A stretch of DNA of 54,345 bases from a bacterium (GTDB taxonomy: Bacteria > Patescibacteriota > Microgenomatia > Daviesbacterales > UBA10151): positions 1 through 54,345 of the forward strand of contig JAJYNW010000003.1 of the NCBI GenBank assembly GCA_021786105.1. The letters are read 5' to 3'. Shown here piece after piece: positions 29,049-38,162 of this stretch; positions within the stretch are counted from its first letter, which is position 1; every line of letters begins with the position of its first letter. The position numbers and the translations under genes are program-made. The notes below the pieces were generated by a model that had not been told where the DNA came from, ran no database searches, and saw only the letters and a list, made by a program, of their open reading frames with translations.

Positions 29049-29521
29049 TTCAAAATCCATCTAATAATCTAGTCAAATACAACAAAGACAATCCGAAGCT
29101 TAAAGTAGCTATTGTCAGAAGTAATTATTATCAGGATTTAACCAGCAGCTTAGAAAAAGCATGCCGGAATCATTTAATCATTTCCGGAGTCAAAGAAAAT
29201 AATATAACTACCTATGAAGTACCGGGGTCGTGGGAGATTCCTTTAATAGTTAAAAAAATAGCCGCTGCAAAAAAGTTCGATAGCATAGTTGCTTTTGGCA
29301 TCATTATCAAAGGAGAAACTTATCATTTCGAGATTCTTGCTAATGAATGTGCCAGGGCATTGATGAATATTTCTTTAGAGTTCAGTATGCCCGTTACCTT
29401 TGAAATATTAGCTACCTATAGTTTAGAACAGGCCAAAAAAAGAGTTTCCGGAAAATACAATAAAGGTATTGAAGCAGCCAAATCACTCCTGGATACCATT
29501 AAAGTATTATCAAAAATATGA
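29045..29521 (+). CDS. ribH: Lumazine synthase
   Basis: VPGSWEIP, IKGETYHFE, NKGIEAA. Confidence 0.92.
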   Translation: MIQNPSNNLVKYNKDNPKLKVAIVRSNYYQDLTSSLEKACRNHLIISGVKENNITTYEVPGSWEIPLIVKKIAAAKKFDSIVAFGIIIKGETYHFEILANECARALMNISLEFSMPVTFEILATYSLEQAKKRVSGKYNKGIEAAKSLLDTIKVLSKI

Positions 29522-30099
29522 AAGTCGCGTCAGCCAGCTTACCAACAAAATATGGCCTCTTTAAAATACTTGTTTTTAAGTCCAAGAAAGACAATCTGGA
29601 ACATGTAGCTTTAGTTAAAGGGGAAGATTTTAAAAAAGAGGCTTTAGTCAGAATTCACTCACGATGCCTGACAGGAGATGTTTTTTCTTCGCTAAGGTGC
29701 GACTGTCACGAACAACTGCAGAAAAGTTTACAAAAAATTGGCAAAGCAAAAAATGGAGTTTTAATCTATCTCAATCAAGAAGGCCGAGGTATTGGACTGG
29801 TTAATAAAATTAAAGCCTACGCCTTACAAGAGGCCGGTTTAGATACGGTCCAAGCCAATGAACAATTAGGATTTACTGCTGATACCCGCAGTTACGAAAT
29901 AGCAGCCCAAATCCTTAAAGACCTTAACATCCAAAAAATTAACCTGCTCACCAATAATCCGGATAAAATTAATCAACTTGAAGCTTTGGGGATAACTATA
30001 ACAAAACGTATCCCCCTTGAGACTATTCCCAATAAAATAGATAAAATCTATCTCATGACCAAAAAAAACAAATTTGGCCATAAACTGAAATTAGTTTGA
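29518..30099 (+). CDS. ribA: GTP cyclohydrolase II (monofunctional)
   Basis: VRIHSRCLTGDVF.SLRCDC, QEGRGIGL, TNNPDK; no DHBP synthase domain. Confidence 0.95.
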   Translation: MKVASASLPTKYGLFKILVFKSKKDNLEHVALVKGEDFKKEALVRIHSRCLTGDVFSSLRCDCHEQLQKSLQKIGKAKNGVLIYLNQEGRGIGLVNKIKAYALQEAGLDTVQANEQLGFTADTRSYEIAAQILKDLNIQKINLLTNNPDKINQLEALGITITKRIPLETIPNKIDKIYLMTKKNKFGHKLKLV

Positions 30100-30101
30100 T
30101 C

Positions 30102-31178
30102 ATGAATGAAGATATTAAATTCCTTAAAGAAACACTCAAACTTGCCAAAAAAGGGTTAGGGCGAACTAGTCCTAACCCAATGGTAGGAGCAGTGATTGTT
30201 AGAAACGGCCGTATTATTGGCCAAGGTTTTCATCGTCAAGCAGGACTGGCCCATGCGGAAATAGAAGCGCTAAATTCTGCAACAGAAAACCCACAAGGCG
30301 CAACTTTATATATAAACCTTGAACCTTGCACAATTTTTGGCAGAACTCCCCCTTGTACTGAAGCAATAATTAAAAGCGGAATTAAAAAGATTGTATGCTG
30401 CACCTTAGATCCTAATCCGAAAGTTCATGGTCAAGGCCTGATCAAACTGAAAGAAGCAGGTATTGAAACTGCGGTAGGAATCTTAGAAGATGAAGCGCGG
30501 GTATTAAATGAAGCGTTTTTTACCTTTCATGAAAAAAGACGGCCGTTTATTGCCATCAAATTTGCTACCTCCTTAGATGGAAAAATGGCAACCAGATCAG
30601 GTGATTCTAAATGGATCACCAATAGAAAAGCCAGAGAATATGCCAGAAATCTAAGAGGCCAATATCAGGCAATACTTGTAGGAATACATACCATACTGGC
30701 AGATAATCCAAACCTGGGGGTGCGGACAAAAGGGCAAAAAGACCCCTTCCGGATTATTATTGACCCCAGATTACAAATATCATTAGATGCAGATGTTCTC
30801 CGCGATACAAACGTATTAATTGTAACCACTAGCCAAGCAGATAATTTTAAAAAAGAGTTGTTAAAAAATAAAGTTTTTACGGTCTTGGTTTTTGATTCAA
30901 AACAAATAAATATTGGAGAGCTTCTATCTAAATTACGGGAAAAAGAAATCATCAGCATTTTAGTGGAAGGCGGCGGGGAAACTTTGGGAAACTTTATAGA
31001 TTCCAGACTAGTTGATAAAGTTTATGCCTTTCATGCACCAATAATAATTGGCGGAAAAAATGCCTTCAGTATCGGAGGGAATGGTGCTAACACTATCAAA
31101 AAAGCAATCAAATTAAAAAAAATTTCCTTTCAAAAATTTGATGACAACTCTTTAACAATCGGTTATATACATCATTAA
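30102..31178 (+). CDS. ribD: Bifunctional pyrimidine deaminase/reductase RibD
   Basis: SPNPMVGA, HAE, LEPC...TPPC, SLDG, VEGG. Confidence 0.95.
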   Translation: MNEDIKFLKETLKLAKKGLGRTSPNPMVGAVIVRNGRIIGQGFHRQAGLAHAEIEALNSATENPQGATLYINLEPCTIFGRTPPCTEAIIKSGIKKIVCCTLDPNPKVHGQGLIKLKEAGIETAVGILEDEARVLNEAFFTFHEKRRPFIAIKFATSLDGKMATRSGDSKWITNRKAREYARNLRGQYQAILVGIHTILADNPNLGVRTKGQKDPFRIIIDPRLQISLDADVLRDTNVLIVTTSQADNFKKELLKNKVFTVLVFDSKQINIGELLSKLREKEIISILVEGGGETLGNFIDSRLVDKVYAFHAPIIIGGKNAFSIGGNGANTIKKAIKLKKISFQKFDDNSLTIGYIHH

Positions 31179-31179
31179 T

Positions 31180-32196
31180 TTAAAACTGAAAAACAGTTAG
31201 CAGCAGAGTAGTACCTAAAGGCACCAAAAGATTATCATCAATCAAAAAGGAAAATTGGTCTAAAACAGCTGTCAGCAAAGCAGCAAATAGGATTAAAAGG
31301 AAAGAGAAATGAAGCGGGGTGAGCGAGATTAGGAATAATCCAGCAACGGCGGAGACTGTAAAAATAATTAAGGCCCCACCCAAAGTTTTACCCTTCAGCA
31401 AAGGAACAGGCAGCATACGTTTTCCAATCGGGGCCAGCGAATCTCCTAAAATAAAACCTGTCAGAGAAAGCACGGCAATCTCTTTGGGGAATAACCACAA
31501 AATCAGAAGGTTACTAAAAAGCAGTAAGGTAGCCCCAGATGGCTTTCGCGTTTCTTTTGATTTGGCAAAGATGACAAAATTAAGATAACGCTTGTTTATC
31601 TTGGGATTTAGCAAACGGATAGCATCAAAAACCGCAAAAACCAAGAAAGCTAAAAGAGCAATCGCCAGGATAAAAATTTTAGGTAGCCAAATTGTCCCCA
31701 AAGGTAAAACCAAAACACCCAGTTTTAATACCTGACGCAAAGGGTGAGTCAAAACCAGACTTTTAGAAACAACAATGGCATAAATAATAGACCCAATCAA
31801 AAAAATCAAAGCAAAAATTGAGCGGGTATAGAAAATAGTAATGGCACAAAGCCCCAACAGTGAGGCCACCCCTTTTCCTCCTCTAAATCCCAGGTAGAAA
31901 GGTTTTATATGACCTAATACCACTGACAAACCAACTAATAAACCTAAATCAGGGCTGACTGTAAAAGAGAGAATGCCGGAAACTGCCAGAAAATAAACCA
32001 CCGGCGTTTTTAAAAAATCAAAAATGCCGGTGAGGATACCAAAAACAGGCCCCACAATATAGTAAGTATTGGTGGCTCCGGTATTGCCATTGCCTACCTT
32101 ACGGATATCAATATGCTTGATGATTCTGCCAAAAAAATAGCCGGGCGAGATTGAGCCCACTAAATAGCCTAAAACTAACAGCAAAAGTAAGTCCAT
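31180..32196 (-). CDS. plsY: PlsY glycerol-3-phosphate acyltransferase fused to a SEC59/DGK1/VTE5-like membrane kinase domain
   Basis: GYLVGSI, DIR..G.GN.GATN, GH..P....F.GGKGVA; C-terminal half has SG, GDSLA, KGKTLGG, DDNL. Confidence 0.8.
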   Translation of the reverse strand: MDLLLLLVLGYLVGSISPGYFFGRIIKHIDIRKVGNGNTGATNTYYIVGPVFGILTGIFDFLKTPVVYFLAVSGILSFTVSPDLGLLVGLSVVLGHIKPFYLGFRGGKGVASLLGLCAITIFYTRSIFALIFLIGSIIYAIVVSKSLVLTHPLRQVLKLGVLVLPLGTIWLPKIFILAIALLAFLVFAVFDAIRLLNPKINKRYLNFVIFAKSKETRKPSGATLLLFSNLLILWLFPKEIAVLSLTGFILGDSLAPIGKRMLPVPLLKGKTLGGALIIFTVSAVAGLFLISLTPLHFSFLLILFAALLTAVLDQFSFLIDDNLLVPLGTTLLLTVFQF

Positions 32197-32296
32197 CTTA
32201 CTTTCATTCTACCATCACCAGTTCAGAGAAAATTCCTGTAATAATCGTCACTGAAATATTTACCCAAAAGAATTACAGTTAAAAAATAAAAATCAC

Positions 32297-32362
32297 CGCT
32301 GGCAGGCTCAGGAAAAGGCAGGTGGGGAAACCTATCTGCTGACAGCCTGTAAACCTGCCAGC
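32297..32362 (+). ncRNA. Candidate cis-regulatory structured RNA, copy 1
   Basis: 49 bp identical to 38091-38139; nested stems with GAAA tetraloop; upstream of yjbQ-like gene. Confidence 0.6.
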
Positions 32363-32409
32363 ACTTAGGAAATTATTATAGACGTAGACTATAACAAGCT
32401 TTGTTTATT

Positions 32410-32820
32410 ATGAAAAAAATTACAATTAAAACTACGAAATTGAGAGAGGTGGTAAATATTACTCCTCAAATCAGTGAACTTTTAAAAAAACACCCAGCAA
32501 AAGATGGAATGATTCATCTTTTTCTCAAACATTCAACTGCTGCCCTTACCACGGCCTATCTGGCAGAAAATTTAGATCTGGATATGATCGGAGCATTCGA
32601 AATTATGCTGCCGCATACTTTAACAGAAGCAGAAGGACATCACACCCATCGAATGGGTCATTTACCTGCTCATGTTGCTGCTTCTCTACTGGGCCCGCAT
32701 TTGGCAGTACCTGTAGAGGGAAGCAAGCTACAATTAGGTAAATTTCAATCGGTGGTTTTGGTGGAGTTAAATGGGCCAAGAGAAAGAGAAATTGTAATTG
32801 ATTATAACGGACGACCATGA
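32410..32820 (+). CDS. YjbQ/UPF0047 family protein
   Basis: HSTAAL, AHVAASLLG, LQLGKFQSV..VELNGPRER. Confidence 0.85.
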   Translation: MKKITIKTTKLREVVNITPQISELLKKHPAKDGMIHLFLKHSTAALTTAYLAENLDLDMIGAFEIMLPHTLTEAEGHHTHRMGHLPAHVAASLLGPHLAVPVEGSKLQLGKFQSVVLVELNGPREREIVIDYNGRP

Positions 32821-32829
32821 GGCAGGAAG

Positions 32830-33492
32830 ATGTATTTTAGAGACAGAGTTGAAGCCGGAAGAAAGCTTGCAAAGCTTCTTCGTCGCATTAATGGCAGAAA
32901 TACCGTCGTTTATGCCCTACCCAGAGGCGGTGTGGTAGTTGGGGCAGAAATTGCCAAAGCCATCGGCGCTCCTCTTGATTTAATCATTACCAGAAAAATC
33001 GGTCACCCCTTTAACCCGGAATATGCCATAGGAGCTACAGCTGAAAACGGTCACTCGGTTTTTAACAAAGAGGAAATACTAGGTATTGATGAAAGTTATT
33101 TAACCTCTGAAGCAGAAAAGCAAAAACAGGAAGCAAAAAGAAGGAGAGAGGTCTATTTAGGAAAGAAACCATCCATTCCCAGTAAAGGCAAGACTGCTAT
33201 TTTAGTTGATGATGGCATAGCTACCGGTTTGACTATGAAAGCAGCTTTGACAGAACTTCAAACACATTATAATCCTACAAAAATTATTATTGCTATACCT
33301 GTTGCACCAAAGGATACGGCGGATGAGCTGGAAAAAATGGGCGCTAAAGTGCTTGCGATCATCATGGCCAAGGAATTTTTAGGCGCGATTGGAGCATATT
33401 ATCAGGACTTTTCCCCTGTTGAGGATCAAGACGTAATCAGGATTATGAAGGAGGCAGAAGGGTATGGTTATATTCCCGTTCCCCCAGTTTAA
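32830..33492 (+). CDS. Phosphoribosyltransferase-family protein (Rv0571c/Rv2030c N-domain type)
   Basis: FRDRVEAGR, LPRGGV, RKIGHP.NPEYAIGA, LVDDGIATG, YQDF. Confidence 0.88.
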   Translation: MYFRDRVEAGRKLAKLLRRINGRNTVVYALPRGGVVVGAEIAKAIGAPLDLIITRKIGHPFNPEYAIGATAENGHSVFNKEEILGIDESYLTSEAEKQKQEAKRRREVYLGKKPSIPSKGKTAILVDDGIATGLTMKAALTELQTHYNPTKIIIAIPVAPKDTADELEKMGAKVLAIIMAKEFLGAIGAYYQDFSPVEDQDVIRIMKEAEGYGYIPVPPV

Positions 33493-34420
33493 ACAGTATG
33501 TCCAGTTTTTAAAAAGTCTGCCTGAGTACAAATTAGGGAGTTTTCAAGCTGCCCGTTTCCCTAATCAGGAAATTTATACTAAGCTTTTTACCAATGTCAC
33601 ACATAAAGATTGCTTAATCATTGGCTCAATCACTCCTCCTGACGAGCAACTGATGTCTTTTCTTTTTCTGGCCCACACTATAAAGAAAGAATTGGCCTCA
33701 AGTATTACTGCGCTGCTGCCATACTTGGCTTATGCCAGGCAAGACAAGATTAAAAAAGGAGAAAGTTTGGCCACCTCAACTATTGGAGAGATTTTTAGGG
33801 CTTCACATATCAATGAGGTAACCACCATTGATGTGCATAGCCCAAAAGTAGAAATCTTGTTTCCTCTACCGATCCATAATTTATCTCCTGCTAAACTCTT
33901 TGCCAAAGAGATTAAAAAACTAAAACTTAAAAATCCTACTTTTGTTTCTCCTGATGAAGGCGCAATAGAGAGAACTCAAAAAGTTATAGATGAGTTGAGA
34001 ATAAAAACTGAAATAGCTTACATGTCAAAAGAAAGAACTCAGCGTGGAGTTACTTCAACTCTGCACGGCCAGATAGGCCTCGAGGTGATTGTGATCGATG
34101 ATATTTTAGATACAGGCAGAACTTTACTTGCTTGTTGTCAAATTCTGAAACATGCCGGAACTAAAAATATTTATATCTTTGTTACTCACGGGCTTTTTAC
34201 TGGTAATGAATGGCAAAATCTATTTGATCTAAATGTCAAAAAAATCTACTGTACCGACTCCATTCCCCAAGTTTATGGATTAAAGATTCAAAATCTGCAG
34301 ATACTTTCCATAGAACCTCTGCTCTATGAATATGCTCATCACACAAGAAAAATTCACGAGGAAGCAGAAAAGGTAATGAGAGGAGAGCAAGATTATTTCT
34401 TAGGAGAGGAGACGGGTTAA
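33464..34420 (+). CDS. prs: Ribose-phosphate diphosphokinase (divergent)
   Basis: RFPNQE, PYLAYARQDK, DVHS, SPDEGA, IDDILDTG.T, THG. Confidence 0.85.
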   Translation: MVIFPFPQFKQYVQFLKSLPEYKLGSFQAARFPNQEIYTKLFTNVTHKDCLIIGSITPPDEQLMSFLFLAHTIKKELASSITALLPYLAYARQDKIKKGESLATSTIGEIFRASHINEVTTIDVHSPKVEILFPLPIHNLSPAKLFAKEIKKLKLKNPTFVSPDEGAIERTQKVIDELRIKTEIAYMSKERTQRGVTSTLHGQIGLEVIVIDDILDTGRTLLACCQILKHAGTKNIYIFVTHGLFTGNEWQNLFDLNVKKIYCTDSIPQVYGLKIQNLQILSIEPLLYEYAHHTRKIHEEAEKVMRGEQDYFLGEETG

Positions 34421-34434
34421 AAAATTTATCAAAT

Positions 34435-35439
34435 ATGAAAATTCTCTTTGTTGGAGATGTTATGCTAGGTAGGGGTGTTAATGCAATTTTAAAGCATAAC
34501 CCTCTTGACTATCCTTGGGGGGATACGCTTAATATTTTCCAAAATGCTGATTTAAGAATTTGTAACCTTGAATGCGTCATTTCTGATATTGGTGAACCAC
34601 AGCCGGGTAAAACATTTCATTTTCGGACAGATCCCAAAAACGTTGAGGTTTTAAAAATTGCCCGCTTTTCTCCCATATCCATAGCCAATAACCATACCTT
34701 GGATTTTGGTACCCAAGCTTTAGAACAAATGACAAATACTCTCAAAAAAACTTCAATAAATTTTGCCGGTGCTGGAGAGAATATTGTCGAAGCTTCAATG
34801 CCAGCCTTAGAAAATGGAGAGAGAAATTATGTCGGGATGATTGCTTTTACTGATAATAAACCGTGGGACTATTTTCCTTCTGAAAATGAATCTGACTGGG
34901 CAGCCGGAGACAACACACCCGGAATTTTTTATGTACCCATTGACCTCAAAGACCACCGAACCAAAGTGCTTTTTGATAATATTAAAAAGGTCAGGGATGA
35001 TGTAAAAGTTTTGATCGTTTCCGCCCACTGGGGCCCTAATTGGGGCTATGAAGTTCCAAAAGAACATATTGTCTTTGCCCATGCCTTGATTGAAGCAGGC
35101 GTAGATATCATCTATGGGCATTCAGCCCATATTTTCAGAGGCATTGAAATTTACAAAGGTAAACCAATACTTTATTCCACAGGAAATTTTGTTGATGATT
35201 ATGCGGTAGATAAAATAGAACGGAACGATGAATCCTTTATATTTGAGATTAACACGGATGAAAAGTACAGATTAACACAGATAAAACTTTACCCTACAGT
35301 TATCAGAAATCTTCAAGCAAAAATGGCAGAAGGATTAGAAGCCCAAAGAATCGCTTTAAAAATGCAAGATCTATGCACAAAGCTGCAGACTAAAAGCAAC
35401 TTGCTACCAGAAGAAAGGGTATTACAGGTAAGTTTTTGA
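34435..35439 (+). CDS. CapA-family metallophosphoesterase
   Basis: GDVMLGR, NLEC, ANNHTLDFG, HWG, GHSAH, YSTGNF. Confidence 0.88.
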   Translation: MKILFVGDVMLGRGVNAILKHNPLDYPWGDTLNIFQNADLRICNLECVISDIGEPQPGKTFHFRTDPKNVEVLKIARFSPISIANNHTLDFGTQALEQMTNTLKKTSINFAGAGENIVEASMPALENGERNYVGMIAFTDNKPWDYFPSENESDWAAGDNTPGIFYVPIDLKDHRTKVLFDNIKKVRDDVKVLIVSAHWGPNWGYEVPKEHIVFAHALIEAGVDIIYGHSAHIFRGIEIYKGKPILYSTGNFVDDYAVDKIERNDESFIFEINTDEKYRLTQIKLYPTVIRNLQAKMAEGLEAQRIALKMQDLCTKLQTKSNLLPEERVLQVSF

Positions 35440-35442
35440 AAC

Positions 35443-36840
35443 ATGTTTACCAAAAACGACCTTAAACAAATTAAACCTTTCCTGTGGGAAATCCCTAAAA
35501 CGTTTAGACAAAACATGAATGTTCCGGCCAGAATATTTGCTTCTGAAAAGATACTTTCCGACATTTTTAAGGATAAATCTTTGTTACAACTGGTTAATGT
35601 TGCCACTCTTCCAGGAATCCAGAAAGCAGCATATGCCATGCCTGATATTCATGAAGGATATGCCTTCCCCATTGGTGGAGTAGCTGCCACTTTGTATCCT
35701 GATGGAGTTATCTCCCCTGGAGGAATTGGTTATGACATAAATTGTGGAGTCAGACTTTTGAAAACTGCTCTTACAAAAGAGGTTTTAAATCATCATCAGG
35801 GGTTATTAGCAAGGAGATTATTTGAGGAGATTCCTTCGGGAATCAAACCTAGCAGAAGATTAAAACTAGATGGAAAACAGCTGGAAAAAATATTAGAAAA
35901 AGGCGCTGCTTGGGGGATAGAACAAGGATATGGCCAAGGTGATGATTTAAATTTTTTAGAATCTCGGGGTTATTTGGAAAATGCAGATCCGGAATCAGTC
36001 TCAGAAATTGCCAAAGCAAGAGGGAGGAATCAATTGGGAACACTTGGCTCAGGAAACCATTTTGTCGAGGTAGACCAGGTGGAAGAAATTTTTGATGATA
36101 GTATTGCCCGGCAATTTGGTTTATTTCAAAACCAGGTAGTTGTATTAATTCATACCGGCTCAAGAGGTTTAGGCCATCAGGTTGCTACTGATAATATTAA
36201 AATTATGCTTAACTCGCTTGCTAAATACCACATTCCTTTGCCAGATAGAGAATTAGCCTGCGCTCCCTTATCTTCGGAGGAAGGCAGTAATTACTTTAAT
36301 GTCATGGCAGCGGCAGCCAATTTTGCCTGGGCAAACAGACAGTTGATTGCTTGGGAAGTAAGAAAAGTTTTTAAAGAAATGTTCGATGGAAATTTAATTA
36401 CTCTTTATGATGTAGCCCACAATATTGCCAAAATTGAAGAGCATGAAATTGAAGGCCAAATAAAAAAAGTGATCATTCACCGCAAAGGCGCGACCAGGGC
36501 TTTTGACGGACAACCGGTGATTATTCCCGGCAGCATGGGTTCTGCTTCGTATGTTTTAGTCGGCACTAAAGAGGCAATGAAAGAGGCTTTTGGGTCCAGT
36601 TGCCATGGTGCGGGCAGAAGAATGTCCCGGCATGCTGCTTTAAAAGAAGTTCAAGGTAAAAAGTTAAAGGTAGATTTAGAAGCCCAGGGAATATTTATTC
36701 AATCAGGCTCAATTAAAGGTTTAGCTGAAGAAGCGCCGCTTGCTTATAAAGACATTCATGAGGTGGTTGATATAGTTGTTGGTGCTCAGATTGCAAAAAA
36801 AGTCGCCAAACTTAAACCAATGGTAGTTATAAAAGGATAA
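35443..36840 (+). CDS. rtcB: RtcB RNA ligase
   Basis: MPDIHEGY, GYDINCG, GSGNHF, HTGSRG, HN, HRKGAT, SSCHGAGR. Confidence 0.95.
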   Translation: MFTKNDLKQIKPFLWEIPKTFRQNMNVPARIFASEKILSDIFKDKSLLQLVNVATLPGIQKAAYAMPDIHEGYAFPIGGVAATLYPDGVISPGGIGYDINCGVRLLKTALTKEVLNHHQGLLARRLFEEIPSGIKPSRRLKLDGKQLEKILEKGAAWGIEQGYGQGDDLNFLESRGYLENADPESVSEIAKARGRNQLGTLGSGNHFVEVDQVEEIFDDSIARQFGLFQNQVVVLIHTGSRGLGHQVATDNIKIMLNSLAKYHIPLPDRELACAPLSSEEGSNYFNVMAAAANFAWANRQLIAWEVRKVFKEMFDGNLITLYDVAHNIAKIEEHEIEGQIKKVIIHRKGATRAFDGQPVIIPGSMGSASYVLVGTKEAMKEAFGSSCHGAGRRMSRHAALKEVQGKKLKVDLEAQGIFIQSGSIKGLAEEAPLAYKDIHEVVDIVVGAQIAKKVAKLKPMVVIKG

Positions 36841-36841
36841 T

Positions 36842-37498
36842 TCAAAAGTATTTCTGAAACCATTCAACTGCATAACCTGCCACGTCTTCTAATGCGCCCG
36901 GTTCTTCAAAAAGATGGGTGGCACCAGGGATAATAACTAATTCCTTGTTTTTAGCATTGGTAAGTCTGCTTAAAGCTTGGTTATTTAAATCAATAACTTC
37001 ATAATCTTCTCCTCCTACCAGTAACATGATTGGGGCTTTGACCCGGCCTAAGGCCTCGCCTGCCAGATCAGGCCTGCCTCCTCTTGAGACTATTGCCTCA
37101 ATTCTTTCAGGTAGCTGGGCAGCTGCTACTATGGCTGCTGCTGCACCTGTTGAGGCTCCAAAATAACCTACTTTAAGGTGTTTTGTTTTAGGATTTAGAT
37201 TGACAAAGTGTGTAGCGTAAATCAGGCGGCCTGCTAGAAGGTCAATATTAAAACGATGTTCCCGGGTAATTTCATCTTCTTTTTCTTCCTCTTCTGTTAA
37301 TAAATCTACTAATAGTGTGGCAATAGCTGCCTTGTTGAGTTCTGAAGCCACAAATTTATTTCTCGGGCTGAACCTGCCGCTACCGCTGCCATGAGCAAAG
37401 ATAACAATCCCCTGAGCCTTCTTAGGAACAGCTAAATTTCCTTTGATCGGCACTTCTTCAGCATTAATGTCAACTTCCTGATTTAAACTTTTATCCAT
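36842..37498 (-). CDS. Dienelactone hydrolase-like alpha/beta hydrolase
   Basis: FAHGSGS.R.SPRN, GYFGASTG, SRGGRPDL, HLFEE. Confidence 0.88.
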   Translation of the reverse strand: MDKSLNQEVDINAEEVPIKGNLAVPKKAQGIVIFAHGSGSGRFSPRNKFVASELNKAAIATLLVDLLTEEEEKEDEITREHRFNIDLLAGRLIYATHFVNLNPKTKHLKVGYFGASTGAAAAIVAAAQLPERIEAIVSRGGRPDLAGEALGRVKAPIMLLVGGEDYEVIDLNNQALSRLTNAKNKELVIIPGATHLFEEPGALEDVAGYAVEWFQKYF

Positions 37499-37502
37499 TC
37501 CC

Positions 37503-37919
37503 CTACCTACTCTTCATTCTTTGACCTACCTGACCCTCTTTTCGTCCCGGTGGCACAACTTCAATGTTGCTGATCACATCTTTAACTCCTGAACTCCAAA
37601 AGGCATCTGAATAAGATAAAGGTTTTGATCTTGGGTTCTTGACTGTACCTGATAAAGTCACTATTCCGTCTTTTACATCTATTGCGATGTTATTTGCATC
37701 AGACGAAGAAATAAATGGATTTGCTTGAATATTATCTCTGACAATATCAGCAATTTCTTCATCATCTAAAATGAAGTTATTGTTATAATCATAAAGATCC
37801 AAGTCCGTCCACCCATACGGTGCTCCCCACCAAAAGGGGTTCCCTCCCCCATACGGTCCGGGACAACCTCCCATCGTCATTGGGCCTCTACCCATCACTG
37901 GTCCATATCCATTTGGCAT
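37503..37919 (-). CDS. BON-domain protein with Gly/Pro/Met/Tyr-rich N-terminus
   Basis: DEEIADIV...IDVKDGIVTLSGTV...GVKDVISNI; strong SD AGGAGGTG. Confidence 0.8.
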   Translation of the reverse strand: MPNGYGPVMGRGPMTMGGCPGPYGGGNPFWWGAPYGWTDLDLYDYNNNFILDDEEIADIVRDNIQANPFISSSDANNIAIDVKDGIVTLSGTVKNPRSKPLSYSDAFWSSGVKDVISNIEVVPPGRKEGQVGQRMKSR

Positions 37920-38090
37920 AAAATCACCTCCTTCTACATTTAATCTAATTTTTATCCTAGCAGTCAGATTTAAGTTAAGGAGTAGAATAGGGTAAGAATT
38001 GTGAAAGATAAAGTAACTTTACCCAATCCTTACATCTTTCATATATTTTTCATATTTTGTTTTGCCGAAACTTATGTATACTAATAATCA

Positions 38091-38148
38091 CGCTGGCAGG
38101 CTCAGGAAAAGGCAGGTGGGGAAACCTATCTGCTGACAGTCTGCCAGC
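38091..38148 (+). ncRNA. Candidate cis-regulatory structured RNA, copy 2
   Basis: 11-bp outer stem, 9-bp inner stem with GAAA loop; starts 8 nt after TATACT (38077-38082) and ends 14 nt before the ATG. Confidence 0.6.
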
Positions 38149-38162
38149 AGTTAAATTCCGGC

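Noticed and set aside
37975-38040. GGGTAA...TTACCC as a NarL/DosR-like site upstream of the BON gene
   Set aside because: Short, widely spaced and not repeated elsewhere in the island
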